From positions 1 through 64,000 of the IMG/VR virus record IMGVR_UViG_3300014834_000354: a stretch of DNA of 64,000 nucleotides; one strand, given 5' to 3'. Each line of letters starts with the position of its first letter. Position 1 is the stretch's first letter. A model generated the notes under the pieces. That model made no database searches and was not told the origin of the DNA. It saw only the letters and a list, made by a program, of their open reading frames with translations. The position numbers were made by a program, and so were the translations under genes. Below are positions 1-8,232 of this stretch, piece by piece. This DNA is from a virus.

Positions 1-147
1 CCAAATGGAATTAAGACTGGTCCTTCAAGGACAATTCTTTTACTTATGAGTGTTGAAAATGAAAATGGAAGTATGCGGAACGTAGAACAACTTTTAGAAT
101 GGAAGGGAGCTTCCACTACTGATGGATCTTGGAAGAAAACAAATTAA
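1..147 (+). CDS. 3' end of a gene truncated by the window edge (hypothetical)
   Basis: Frame 1 is open from base 1 (PNGIKTG...WKKTN*) to TAA at 145-147, which overlaps the stop of the convergent 144..785 gene. Confidence 0.45.
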   Translation, partial: PNGIKTGPSRTILLLMSVENENGSMRNVEQLLEWKGASTTDGSWKKTN

Positions 148-785
148 AAGAAATTTTCAAACCATTGATTCCAGGTGCCAGGAAACTCAGCCGGATTATA
201 CAACCAAATTCCACCCTGTTTAGGCTGAACTGCTATATTAAGTTTTATCTGATATAGATCACCAACCAAAACTGGAGAAATAGCTGTAATAAAATGAGGG
301 CCTGCAGGATATAAGACCAGTGTGCCTCTTTGCGGCAATAAAGAAAAATTGTATGCCGGGAATTCTAATTTACCGCCATATACTTCAGTAGCAGGATCCA
401 ATGGAATTTGATTGTTATAAGACTTTAACCAGATAATAGCAGTTAAATCAACATCTTTTACTTTAACCCACTTTTTTCGAATATATTTTGAATTTTCACA
501 ACCTGGAGCCTCGGCTGCACGTTTGCTAAATTCTGGGTAATATTGAAAAACCAGCTTATCGCTCCCGCGATATTTTACATCATATGTCTCTTCGATTGTG
601 GGAACTAACTGAGATATTTTATTGTAAAGAGAAGATTGGAGCGCCTCATTGAAGCGCTCCATCTTAATTGGATCGCCATCTTTGTCAACGTCTGGCTGTT
701 CAACCCAGATCTTTTCAACTATGTCTTCACATAGTTTTGGGGATATAAATTCCTCAATGACAATAAACGGACTTTTAACCATCAC
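144..785 (-). CDS. 2OG-Fe(II) oxygenase (prolyl-4-hydroxylase-like) fold protein with degenerate metal ligands
   Basis: Fold motifs EEFISPKLCE, YGGKLEFP, PQRGTLVLYP and ISPV..G. The HxD/E, distal His and Arg positions read GCE, T and L. TATAAATA at 812-819 upstream. Confidence 0.7.
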   Translation of the reverse strand: MMVKSPFIVIEEFISPKLCEDIVEKIWVEQPDVDKDGDPIKMERFNEALQSSLYNKISQLVPTIEETYDVKYRGSDKLVFQYYPEFSKRAAEAPGCENSKYIRKKWVKVKDVDLTAIIWLKSYNNQIPLDPATEVYGGKLEFPAYNFSLLPQRGTLVLYPAGPHFITAISPVLVGDLYQIKLNIAVQPKQGGIWLYNPAEFPGTWNQWFENFF

Positions 786-811
786 ATCCTCGTTAAATTA
801 CTATTTTCTAT

Positions 812-819
812 TATTTATA
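812..819 (-). promoter_or_regulatory. T4-type late promoter TATAAATA
   Basis: Exact TATAAATA on the minus strand, ~27 nt upstream of the 785 start. Confidence 0.65.
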
Positions 820-827
820 ATTTTTGC

Positions 828-1337
828 TCAACCAAAATTTGAGCGCTGAACTGTCATATTGCTAACTAACAATATTCCTTGTAAAGTTGCTAAAGTTTTT
901 CCAATATCATTAATATTTCTAGTTAATTCAGCATGTACATGCTTCTGATCTTCTGAAATGTCTTCAACCATTTTATTCAAAACAAATAACGTTTTTTCCA
1001 AACTTTCAATTTTCTCTTTAACTAATTCGATATCTTGAACACTCTGCTGAAGTATCTCTTTAATTCTTTCATCATCAAATTTAATCTGTTGATCAGAATC
1101 ACCTATCTGCTGTGATAAATTGTCTTGAATTTTTTGAAGTTCTTCACCAAGAAATGATTTTATTTCTTCTTGCGCAGCTCTTTTGGATTTAAAAACTTCT
1201 CTAAATGCGTCTGAAAATTTTAATGTCAATTTTACGACTAAAATGCTTACAGCTATTATTATTGCAACCAAATAGATGAACATCTCAAGTGTCATCACAT
1301 TTGCGATGCTGGTAAAGAGTTTTAAAATAAGTTCCAT
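828..1337 (-). CDS. Hypothetical membrane-anchored coiled-coil protein
   Basis: Hydrophobic N-terminal segment (MFIYLVAIIIAVSILVV) followed by a heptad-rich helical region. Confidence 0.6.
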   Translation of the reverse strand: MELILKLFTSIANVMTLEMFIYLVAIIIAVSILVVKLTLKFSDAFREVFKSKRAAQEEIKSFLGEELQKIQDNLSQQIGDSDQQIKFDDERIKEILQQSVQDIELVKEKIESLEKTLFVLNKMVEDISEDQKHVHAELTRNINDIGKTLATLQGILLVSNMTVQRSNFG

Positions 1338-1366
1338 GATATTAAACTCAAAAAGGGTTAGTTAAA

Positions 1367-2146
1367 TTACGCGGCCATTAAATGGTATGCCTGTATATCA
1401 GATAAATTTGTTATCTTTATTCCCTTTTCTGCGAGTTGCTTAAACACTGCCTCAATATGAGGCGCATCGACATGCTTATAATTTTTTATTGCGAATTCTT
1501 TAACATCAAACAGCTCTTTCATCAAACACGCGCGTTCTGTTATTGCATATATCTTCTCATATTTTGCATCAAAATCTAATAAATCTGTAAAACATAAAAT
1601 CTTTTCTTTTTCCATTTTGCTATTTATAACATTATGGTTAAATTCAAACATGCTGAACATGATCATTTGCAGATATGCAGAAACGATTTTTGCAACCAGC
1701 GGAAACGCTATAAAAATTGTCTGACCTTCCAACTCATTTAACATGTCAGTGAGTGGTTCTCTTGCAATACGATGAATCCTCATAACATATTCAATTAAAG
1801 AACTACTGAATAATTCATCATGCGAAACTAAAATGTCTTCTATATAATTAAACACTTGATCTAAAATTGGTTTAACATGCGGCACGCAACAGCTTTGTAA
1901 TTTTTTTTCTTCTCCGCACTGCAAAAAATATCTTTCAACTTCTAAAAGAAAATTAAACCAATAATCATATTCGATTAAAACAATCTCACGAGTTGATTTT
2001 GAAAATTTATCTTTATATTCAGCTGTGTTTATTTCATTAAAGTCAAATGCTTGTGCTTCTTTAAATTTAGAAATAGTATGTGAAGATACTATTCTAAAAT
2101 TTATATTATTTTGCGCGTACTCTGGAAAAATTATTTTATTTTTCAT
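1367..2146 (-). CDS. Hypothetical protein
   Basis: 259-aa ORF with an ATGA overlap to the upstream gene; no recognised motif. Confidence 0.65.
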   Translation of the reverse strand: MKNKIIFPEYAQNNINFRIVSSHTISKFKEAQAFDFNEINTAEYKDKFSKSTREIVLIEYDYWFNFLLEVERYFLQCGEEKKLQSCCVPHVKPILDQVFNYIEDILVSHDELFSSSLIEYVMRIHRIAREPLTDMLNELEGQTIFIAFPLVAKIVSAYLQMIMFSMFEFNHNVINSKMEKEKILCFTDLLDFDAKYEKIYAITERACLMKELFDVKEFAIKNYKHVDAPHIEAVFKQLAEKGIKITNLSDIQAYHLMAA

Positions 2147-2805
2147 GATTGCGTGCCTAATACAAGGTCTAATTCTTGATCTTGTTTTTCTTTAAGCAAA
2201 CACTTAATACGCTGCAATTGCAATTCCTCGGTATAACAACTTAATTCAATAAATGTACCTTCTTCACTTTTTTCATTAACCTGATATCTATATGTTGTAT
2301 CCTTGAATTTAAATGACACATAAGGCATATCTACTGAGATGTTTTCAACAAAAAGAATAGATTCGTTTACACCTTTTTCTGTCTTTAATTCACTGTTTCC
2401 TAGGTAGAAGGAACGCACACCTTCGATAAATTCTTTTTGAGGAACTTCTTCACTTTCAATAACATCAGCGGCAACTGTCATTTCCTCAGGCTCGGCTTCT
2501 GGTTCTGTCATTTCGGCTTCAGGTTCTTCTGAAGCAACTTCTTCTGGTTCAGCTGGCTCAGCCATTTCGTTATCAGAATCTGATGGTTCTGGTTCTTCAG
2601 GAGTTTGTTCTTCGTCTTCTTTTTCTTCTTCCTCTTTATCATCTTCTGGCTGCATAATTTGTATTCCGCTAAGAATAGTTAATCCTGGCCCAGCCTGTTG
2701 AAGAACGTTAATTCCCTTTTCTTTTAAATGCTCACCTAGCATTTTAACTATTTCGCTGTATAAGGAATCATCCTTAATGGATAATGAAAGGACTAAGGTT
2801 TTCAT
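2143..2805 (-). CDS. Acidic (E/P-rich) hypothetical protein, probable head/core component
   Basis: Long EEPEP low-complexity tract; ATGA-coupled within the late operon. Confidence 0.6.
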   Translation of the reverse strand: MKTLVLSLSIKDDSLYSEIVKMLGEHLKEKGINVLQQAGPGLTILSGIQIMQPEDDKEEEEKEDEEQTPEEPEPSDSDNEMAEPAEPEEVASEEPEAEMTEPEAEPEEMTVAADVIESEEVPQKEFIEGVRSFYLGNSELKTEKGVNESILFVENISVDMPYVSFKFKDTTYRYQVNEKSEEGTFIELSCYTEELQLQRIKCLLKEKQDQELDLVLGTQS

Positions 2806-3341
2806 ACGAAGTTCCCCCGATGAGGAATCCCAGCTAATTCACGCATTCTTTTTGCTACTTTAGCTTGTGATTCACTATTTTTATTTTCTACGCTTTCTAC
2901 ACGAATTACTTTTCCATCTTGCTGTTTTAACGCATCTTCTAATAGATTTGCACTATCGATCTCAAATGTTCTACTTACTGGAACCATTGAGCCATCACTC
3001 AAATACACATTAAAGATGACGCTGAATTTAAGTTGAGGTTCATCTTGTGAACCACCCTTATATTGAATCGTGTCTGCTAAATGGATGCTGAACCCAGGGG
3101 TAGGTGGGGTTTCTGCCGGCAAATCAGTTTCTGGCGTCATTTCTACTTCTGCCGCAGATTGAGCTGCTGCCATAACTTCATCTTTAGTAAGATATTGTGG
3201 TTCGCTGCTTGGTTCAACGGCAACCATTGACATATTTGGTTCCTCAGCTGCTGGTGCTGGGTTAACCAGGGCAGCGCCAAGCGGTGGCATTGTAGAAGCT
3301 AATGTTTGAAGGTGTGTATTGAGAGGCATATTAATCTCCAT
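2802..3341 (-). CDS. Hypothetical head-associated protein with C-terminal RMRELAGI motif
   Basis: RMxxLAGI-type motif, as I recall from large-phage prohead/scaffold-associated proteins; acidic Pro/Ala-rich N-terminus. Confidence 0.55.
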   Translation of the reverse strand: MEINMPLNTHLQTLASTMPPLGAALVNPAPAAEEPNMSMVAVEPSSEPQYLTKDEVMAAAQSAAEVEMTPETDLPAETPPTPGFSIHLADTIQYKGGSQDEPQLKFSVIFNVYLSDGSMVPVSRTFEIDSANLLEDALKQQDGKVIRVESVENKNSESQAKVAKRMRELAGIPHRGNFV

Positions 3342-4009
3342 TATGCGTCAAGAAGGCGTGTATAAAATTCTTTAACGCGCTTTTCTAGTGCTAAAGTATG
3401 TTCAGAAGTGGTGTAATGAAATTCGCTCGGAAATCCCTGTTCAGTGATCATCAAAATAACACCTTTGTTTATCTCGGTGCCAAACATTTCATTGTGCATT
3501 TTTGCATATGCGGTAATCTGCAATACGTAATCCCCAATTTTTGATTTATCCTTCAACCTCGTGCTGGTTTTAAAATCAATTATTGCAGGGAAATCGTTAT
3601 AAACGCCAATCAAATCACAGCGGCCAGCTACTTCTAAATCATGAGAGAAAAGAACAACTTCTTGACCCCATATTTGTTTTATCTTTCCGAGTTTCAATTT
3701 TAGGCCATTAAACATGCCTATTATTTGCGGACTAAATTCATTTGGTTTTTGAACCACGGTTTCGCCTTTTAGAAAGCGTTCACACATCAAATGAATTTGA
3801 GTTCCTCGGTCGGCCGCATCTTTAGAGAATTTATCTGCCTTAGCTGCACCCAAAGAATTGCGCCAATTCTCTAAAGACTTTTTCTTTTCTGGCTCCATCG
3901 TATTACCTAAAACAGTGGTTATAGACGGATAATGACACCCTTCAATATCATAAAAACGCATGTTATTTAAATTAACAGTGCTATAGTCTTTATAATTAAA
4001 GGATGTCAT
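3341..4009 (-). CDS. PD-(D/E)xK exonuclease (RecB/Cas4-like phage exonuclease)
   Basis: YPSITTVL, RGTQIH, E...AGRCDLIG...IIDFKTS, Y.LQ..AY motifs. Confidence 0.85.
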   Translation of the reverse strand: MTSFNYKDYSTVNLNNMRFYDIEGCHYPSITTVLGNTMEPEKKKSLENWRNSLGAAKADKFSKDAADRGTQIHLMCERFLKGETVVQKPNEFSPQIIGMFNGLKLKLGKIKQIWGQEVVLFSHDLEVAGRCDLIGVYNDFPAIIDFKTSTRLKDKSKIGDYVLQITAYAKMHNEMFGTEINKGVILMITEQGFPSEFHYTTSEHTLALEKRVKEFYTRLLDA

Positions 4010-4302
4010 CTTTTTCTAATTGCCTTATTCAGCCGAACCAATTTAAAATGCGTAGCTTTTCTTAAGCCTAATTTTGTCTTAACTGCGCGTTGAGCTTTAG
4101 TTCTCCGAGCAGCCCGGCGCAATTTTAAACGGGTTTTTAATGGTTTACGCTTTTTAAAACAGGCAGTCAATTTGCTTACAGACTTTCCTTTGCGCGGTCC
4201 ACCTGCACAGACAAATGCGCGTTTAATTTCCTGCCCGCGCCTTTTAAAGACGCGGGCAGCTTCGTTAATTTGCTGTAAAAGTGATTTAACTGATTTGTCC
4301 AT
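4006..4302 (-). CDS. Small, very basic protein resembling T4 gp68 prohead core protein
   Basis: Arg/Lys-rich (KLRRAARRTKAQRAVKTK); INE-A possible prohead-protease site near the N-terminus; late-operon context. Confidence 0.55.
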   Translation of the reverse strand: MDKSVKSLLQQINEAARVFKRRGQEIKRAFVCAGGPRKGKSVSKLTACFKKRKPLKTRLKLRRAARRTKAQRAVKTKLGLRKATHFKLVRLNKAIRKR

Positions 4303-4327
4303 TTTAATTCACTTTTCCTTATTAGAG

Positions 4328-5767
4328 TTATTCGGCGCCTTCAGGTTTTGATTTGCCCTTGTTAATTAAATCAACAACAGAATTAAGCTTAGTTACAATC
4401 ATTGACATTCCTTTTAATTCCATCCTATCGTCTCTGATTTGTTTTTTCAATTTCTGAAGTACGTCTTGTTTGTTAATTGAATCACTTAATTCCAACGCGT
4501 TGAAGAGATTAACTAGAGCTTGAGCAAATGGTGAGTTTCCTAAAGCATCAACTGCTAACATTTCTTCTGCCATTATTTTTTCACCAACTGGCCGATCTGT
4601 TGATTTCATTTTTAGACTAAGTTCTTTTTCTTCTTTGCCGAGTGCTTTTTCTAAGTTGTTAATTATACGACGAAGTTCTGGTGAAGACATAACTAAAATT
4701 GCCATATCTTTTAGCTGCTCGATAAAACGTGTCTTCTTTTGTTGTCCTAATAATTCTTCTGGCACACCAAGCACTTTGTACAGATCATAAATTTTCTGTT
4801 GATAAATTGAAGAGAAGTGGGCTTCTTTTTCTGCTTCCATCACTTCAACATTTTTGCTTTCTTTTGCGCCAACCATTTGGCCTAAAGTTTTATGGAGTTC
4901 TTTAAAATAGCGTAAAGCTTGTGGATTGTCTAATAAAAGATCGTGTGCAGCTTCTACGCTATCGCGGAATGCTGAAATTTTGAGCTTCAATTGAGAAACC
5001 GGGAAACCCATTAACATGATTGTTTGAACAATCTTGCGCTGCATAGGTACTTGGAATTTACGCTCAAGATCTTTTTGTTCGTCTGATAAATCAAAAAGAA
5101 GTTCTTTTTTCTCTACGGCCTCAGTTAATGACTTACTAGTAATGGTATCGCCAAAAGATGCCATTAGACGCTGAGCAAATTTCTGTCCAAATGATGATGT
5201 TTTTATTTCTTCTTGTTTCATTTTTTCTTCCTCCTCTTCTTCCTCTTCCTCTTTTTCAGCTGCCTTTTCTAAATCTTCTGGACTTAATTCTAATTCTGCC
5301 TCAGAATCATCTTCTGATTCTGGTTCGCATTTTTCGCAGCCTTCGCCTTCACACTCTTCGCATTCTTCTTCCTCTTCTTCCTCTTCTTCCTCTTCTTCCA
5401 TATCTGGCCATTCCACGTCTACGATATCAAATGATTTTGAGAGTTTTTCCAGCGCAGTTTCAATATCATCTTCAGTTCCTAACATATCAGCAAGAGCTTT
5501 TTCAAAACCGTCGCTATCTTTTATGTTCACATAAACTTTTACGATGTCGCCTTCGTCTGTTTCTAGACCGAACGCTTCAGTTTCAACTTCTTCCTCAGCT
5601 TCATGTGCGGCAGATAAAATTTCATGAACGTCATTGGTTGACAATTCATGCCCTGCTTTTTTGGCGGCCTGAGCGTTATCTACTTGGCTCAAAAGGGAAA
5701 GATTCAATTTTGGTTGTGTGCCAGCAGCGGCAGTTTCGCTCAATGGCTTATCATTTTTTTGAGTCAT
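4328..5767 (-). CDS. Acidic internal-head/core-like protein with poly-Glu tracts and CxxC-x4-CxxC
   Basis: LSE-TAAAG, LTE-A and VME-A motifs; poly-E; CEECEGEGCEKC. Confidence 0.6.
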   Translation of the reverse strand: MTQKNDKPLSETAAAGTQPKLNLSLLSQVDNAQAAKKAGHELSTNDVHEILSAAHEAEEEVETEAFGLETDEGDIVKVYVNIKDSDGFEKALADMLGTEDDIETALEKLSKSFDIVDVEWPDMEEEEEEEEEEEECEECEGEGCEKCEPESEDDSEAELELSPEDLEKAAEKEEEEEEEEEKMKQEEIKTSSFGQKFAQRLMASFGDTITSKSLTEAVEKKELLFDLSDEQKDLERKFQVPMQRKIVQTIMLMGFPVSQLKLKISAFRDSVEAAHDLLLDNPQALRYFKELHKTLGQMVGAKESKNVEVMEAEKEAHFSSIYQQKIYDLYKVLGVPEELLGQQKKTRFIEQLKDMAILVMSSPELRRIINNLEKALGKEEKELSLKMKSTDRPVGEKIMAEEMLAVDALGNSPFAQALVNLFNALELSDSINKQDVLQKLKKQIRDDRMELKGMSMIVTKLNSVVDLINKGKSKPEGAE

Positions 5768-8139
5768 TTTTTATCCTTAACTGGTTTCATGAATTTGGAA
5801 GTAGGTTGATAATTACGTTTTCTTCGTATAATAGCTACACCATTAAAAATTTTACTAGGATAGCTCGCGATTGAAGCAGCCGTTGTAGCTGGAATATCAG
5901 CTGGCGCCATATGAACCATTGGGCCAGTTCCAGCTCCTGCTGCTCCACCGACAGCACCAGCAGCAGTTGCACCGGCTGCTGTTTCTTTAACCTGGTTTTC
6001 TTCAGCGATTTTGTTTACGCTTCTGATGAGACTGTTTTTAGCTTCCACCCCAGCTGCTCCTAATAAATTTGTGTTCTGTGTTTTTCTTAATTCTGACAAT
6101 AATCTTGATGCTGGGTCATGCGTTAGCAACAACATATATGTTTTTTGAATAACATCATTTTGCGCTGCCTGATCTAGGAAATCAAAATTAGGTATTCCAG
6201 CTCGAATAATATTTATAGCCTTTGTTCTATTTTCAAACCTAAGAGTGATCACTCTCATATTATCTGATTGTTCTTCCCAATTAACAGTATTATAACTTAT
6301 ATCAGCTGAGAGAGTGCGGTGAATTGTTCTTATTCTGTCTTTAAAAATACGCTTAGCTGATTTCCACAACGCCGCAGCTGTTTCTTCACTTAAGTATGGC
6401 TTTACGTGTTTCTTGTCTGGATAAAAAACAATTGCGCCCCAAAAGTTTAAATCGCTCATTTCTGGAGATAATTTTTGCAAACTCGCATGGTCAGGATCAT
6501 GCAGCTCTTTAATTCCAGTTCTAGAATTTGTTGCAATTAAAAGAAGGGCTGCCAACAAATTCGCGGTATACGCGTTATGTGCCTGTTCTGGAGTAATCCG
6601 TGAAAGCGCAGCTAATCTATCAGAAAATTGTAATAACGGAACTTTCATTTTACGAGGTTTCACCGCTTCTTCGAGCTGTTTGCCAAAAACCTTTTTAATC
6701 TTTTCACCATAAATTGCTGCAACTAAACCTTCTTTAGATTTAGCTCTATTAATTAGCCCTTCAAGTTGACTTATTTTTGATAAGGTTTCCGCAATTTGAA
6801 CTAGCGTGCGTTTAATTATTTCTTGTGTATATTTCACTTCTCGCCCATCTTTTAGGATTAATTTATAGTCTTTAGCTTCACGTTTGAACTTTTCGAGTTC
6901 TTCGTTAATATCTTTTTCTGCAGCTGCTAGTACAGAAAGGATCTTTGTTTTTAAATCCATGAAATTTGCTGAAGTCTGCTCAGCAATTTTTGCTGCGGCT
7001 TCTTCAGCTGTGTCAACATTTAATTTTTCAATTTGTCTTTTCGCCTGCATAGAGACAGCAAGTAAAGGATTGCCAAAAAGTTCAGCAATTCTAATCATGG
7101 CCCTACCTTCAATGCCGCCAGATAGTTCATCTTCAGCATCAACGTCTGCCTTTTTCACCGCCCCGGATATTTTCTTTCTCGCAGCAAAATTAAAAGAATT
7201 AATCTCGCCGTATGTGTCTTTATCAACCAGCTTAACTTGATCCTGAGTTTGTGGATCTAACAGCACGATTCCTTCGATACCAAATTTTTCTTTTGGATCT
7301 ACTGTACTTTTCTGTAATTTGGGTTCAATTTTACTAATAAGCTGTGATAGAAATTTCTGTTTAATAGGCAATTTAAAATTGTCTAATAACTCATTTTTAA
7401 CTCTTTCTCTTTCTTCTTTTGCTTTTTCACGTTCTTCTTTTGGCACTGAGCTTAAATTTAATCCAAGAACTTCTCTATTTGGGATGTCCATCAATTCATT
7501 TTTAGAATCTAGATAATTCTTCATTTCTTCTATTTCAGCTGACACGTCAATGCTTTTCAATTCTGCGCTGTCTATTTTTTGTGCCGGCACGAATTCCCAA
7601 GTCATGTCTACTGGTATAAATTTGAGATGTTTACCATCATCGGTATCCAAAATTGGGGTTCTGATTTTTGAAGTCTTTCCAAGTAAAGCGGCTGAAATAT
7701 CTTTAAGTCTGTTCTGATCTACTTCTTCAATATCGCCAGGAACCATTCTTAATAGCGAAATATGATTCTTATTGTCGATACCATAAGTAATTGCATTTGG
7801 CTGTTCACCAAATAAAACTTCTATTTCTACTGCTTCTCCTGGCTTTAATTCTGATTTAATTACTTTTGCTTGATCTTCGATTGCACGATGAGCTGCCGCA
7901 AATTTTAATTGCGCGGCGGAAGTTCCGTAATCATCAGCATCATAAATCCTATCTTTTGGGCCTTTACTTTCACGAGAAGTGTATAAATTGCCAGCAGAAT
8001 CAAGCCCAAAACGAAAATTAAAGCCATCGAGTTTTTCAGTAGCAATATATTTTTCTAAATTTTGGATGACCTCAAGAAAAGATTCTGGAGCTAAATCCTC
8101 AATATGTGCAATAGCTTCAGTTAAGATTTCTAATGGCAT
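5764..8139 (-). CDS. Large late protein with RNA/DNA-ligase-type nucleotidyltransferase domain
   Basis: Motif I EKLDG, motif III-like EIEVL, motif IV EGIVL, motif V KLVD; N-terminal LTE-A; late promoter at 8172-8179. Confidence 0.65.
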   Translation of the reverse strand: MPLEILTEAIAHIEDLAPESFLEVIQNLEKYIATEKLDGFNFRFGLDSAGNLYTSRESKGPKDRIYDADDYGTSAAQLKFAAAHRAIEDQAKVIKSELKPGEAVEIEVLFGEQPNAITYGIDNKNHISLLRMVPGDIEEVDQNRLKDISAALLGKTSKIRTPILDTDDGKHLKFIPVDMTWEFVPAQKIDSAELKSIDVSAEIEEMKNYLDSKNELMDIPNREVLGLNLSSVPKEEREKAKEERERVKNELLDNFKLPIKQKFLSQLISKIEPKLQKSTVDPKEKFGIEGIVLLDPQTQDQVKLVDKDTYGEINSFNFAARKKISGAVKKADVDAEDELSGGIEGRAMIRIAELFGNPLLAVSMQAKRQIEKLNVDTAEEAAAKIAEQTSANFMDLKTKILSVLAAAEKDINEELEKFKREAKDYKLILKDGREVKYTQEIIKRTLVQIAETLSKISQLEGLINRAKSKEGLVAAIYGEKIKKVFGKQLEEAVKPRKMKVPLLQFSDRLAALSRITPEQAHNAYTANLLAALLLIATNSRTGIKELHDPDHASLQKLSPEMSDLNFWGAIVFYPDKKHVKPYLSEETAAALWKSAKRIFKDRIRTIHRTLSADISYNTVNWEEQSDNMRVITLRFENRTKAINIIRAGIPNFDFLDQAAQNDVIQKTYMLLLTHDPASRLLSELRKTQNTNLLGAAGVEAKNSLIRSVNKIAEENQVKETAAGATAAGAVGGAAGAGTGPMVHMAPADIPATTAASIASYPSKIFNGVAIIRRKRNYQPTSKFMKPVKDKK

Positions 8140-8171
8140 GTAATAGCGCCTTTATAAACAGAATTATTGTC

Positions 8172-8179
8172 TATTTATA
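8172..8179 (-). promoter_or_regulatory. T4-type late promoter TATAAATA
   Basis: Exact match 33 nt upstream of the 8139 start, just after a terminator. Confidence 0.7.
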
Positions 8180-8184
8180 AAAGT

Positions 8185-8215
8185 GCAACCGGATTATTTA
8201 AAATAACCCGGTTGC
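8185..8215 (-). terminator. Intrinsic terminator-like hairpin
   Basis: Inverted repeat GCAACCGG...CCGGTTGC right after the stop of the 8233..10380 gene. Confidence 0.6.
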
Positions 8216-8232
8216 TTTATTGCGAGATAATA

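Noticed and set aside
3341-4009. Cas4 as part of a CRISPR system
   Set aside because: Lacks the four-Cys Fe-S cluster pattern; it is an ordinary phage PD-(D/E)xK exonuclease.
5158-5874. 238-aa plus-strand ORF and the other antisense ORFs in the track
   Set aside because: They are shadows of minus-strand genes (Leu/Pro runs mirror the GAA repeats) and lack ribosome-binding sites or promoters.
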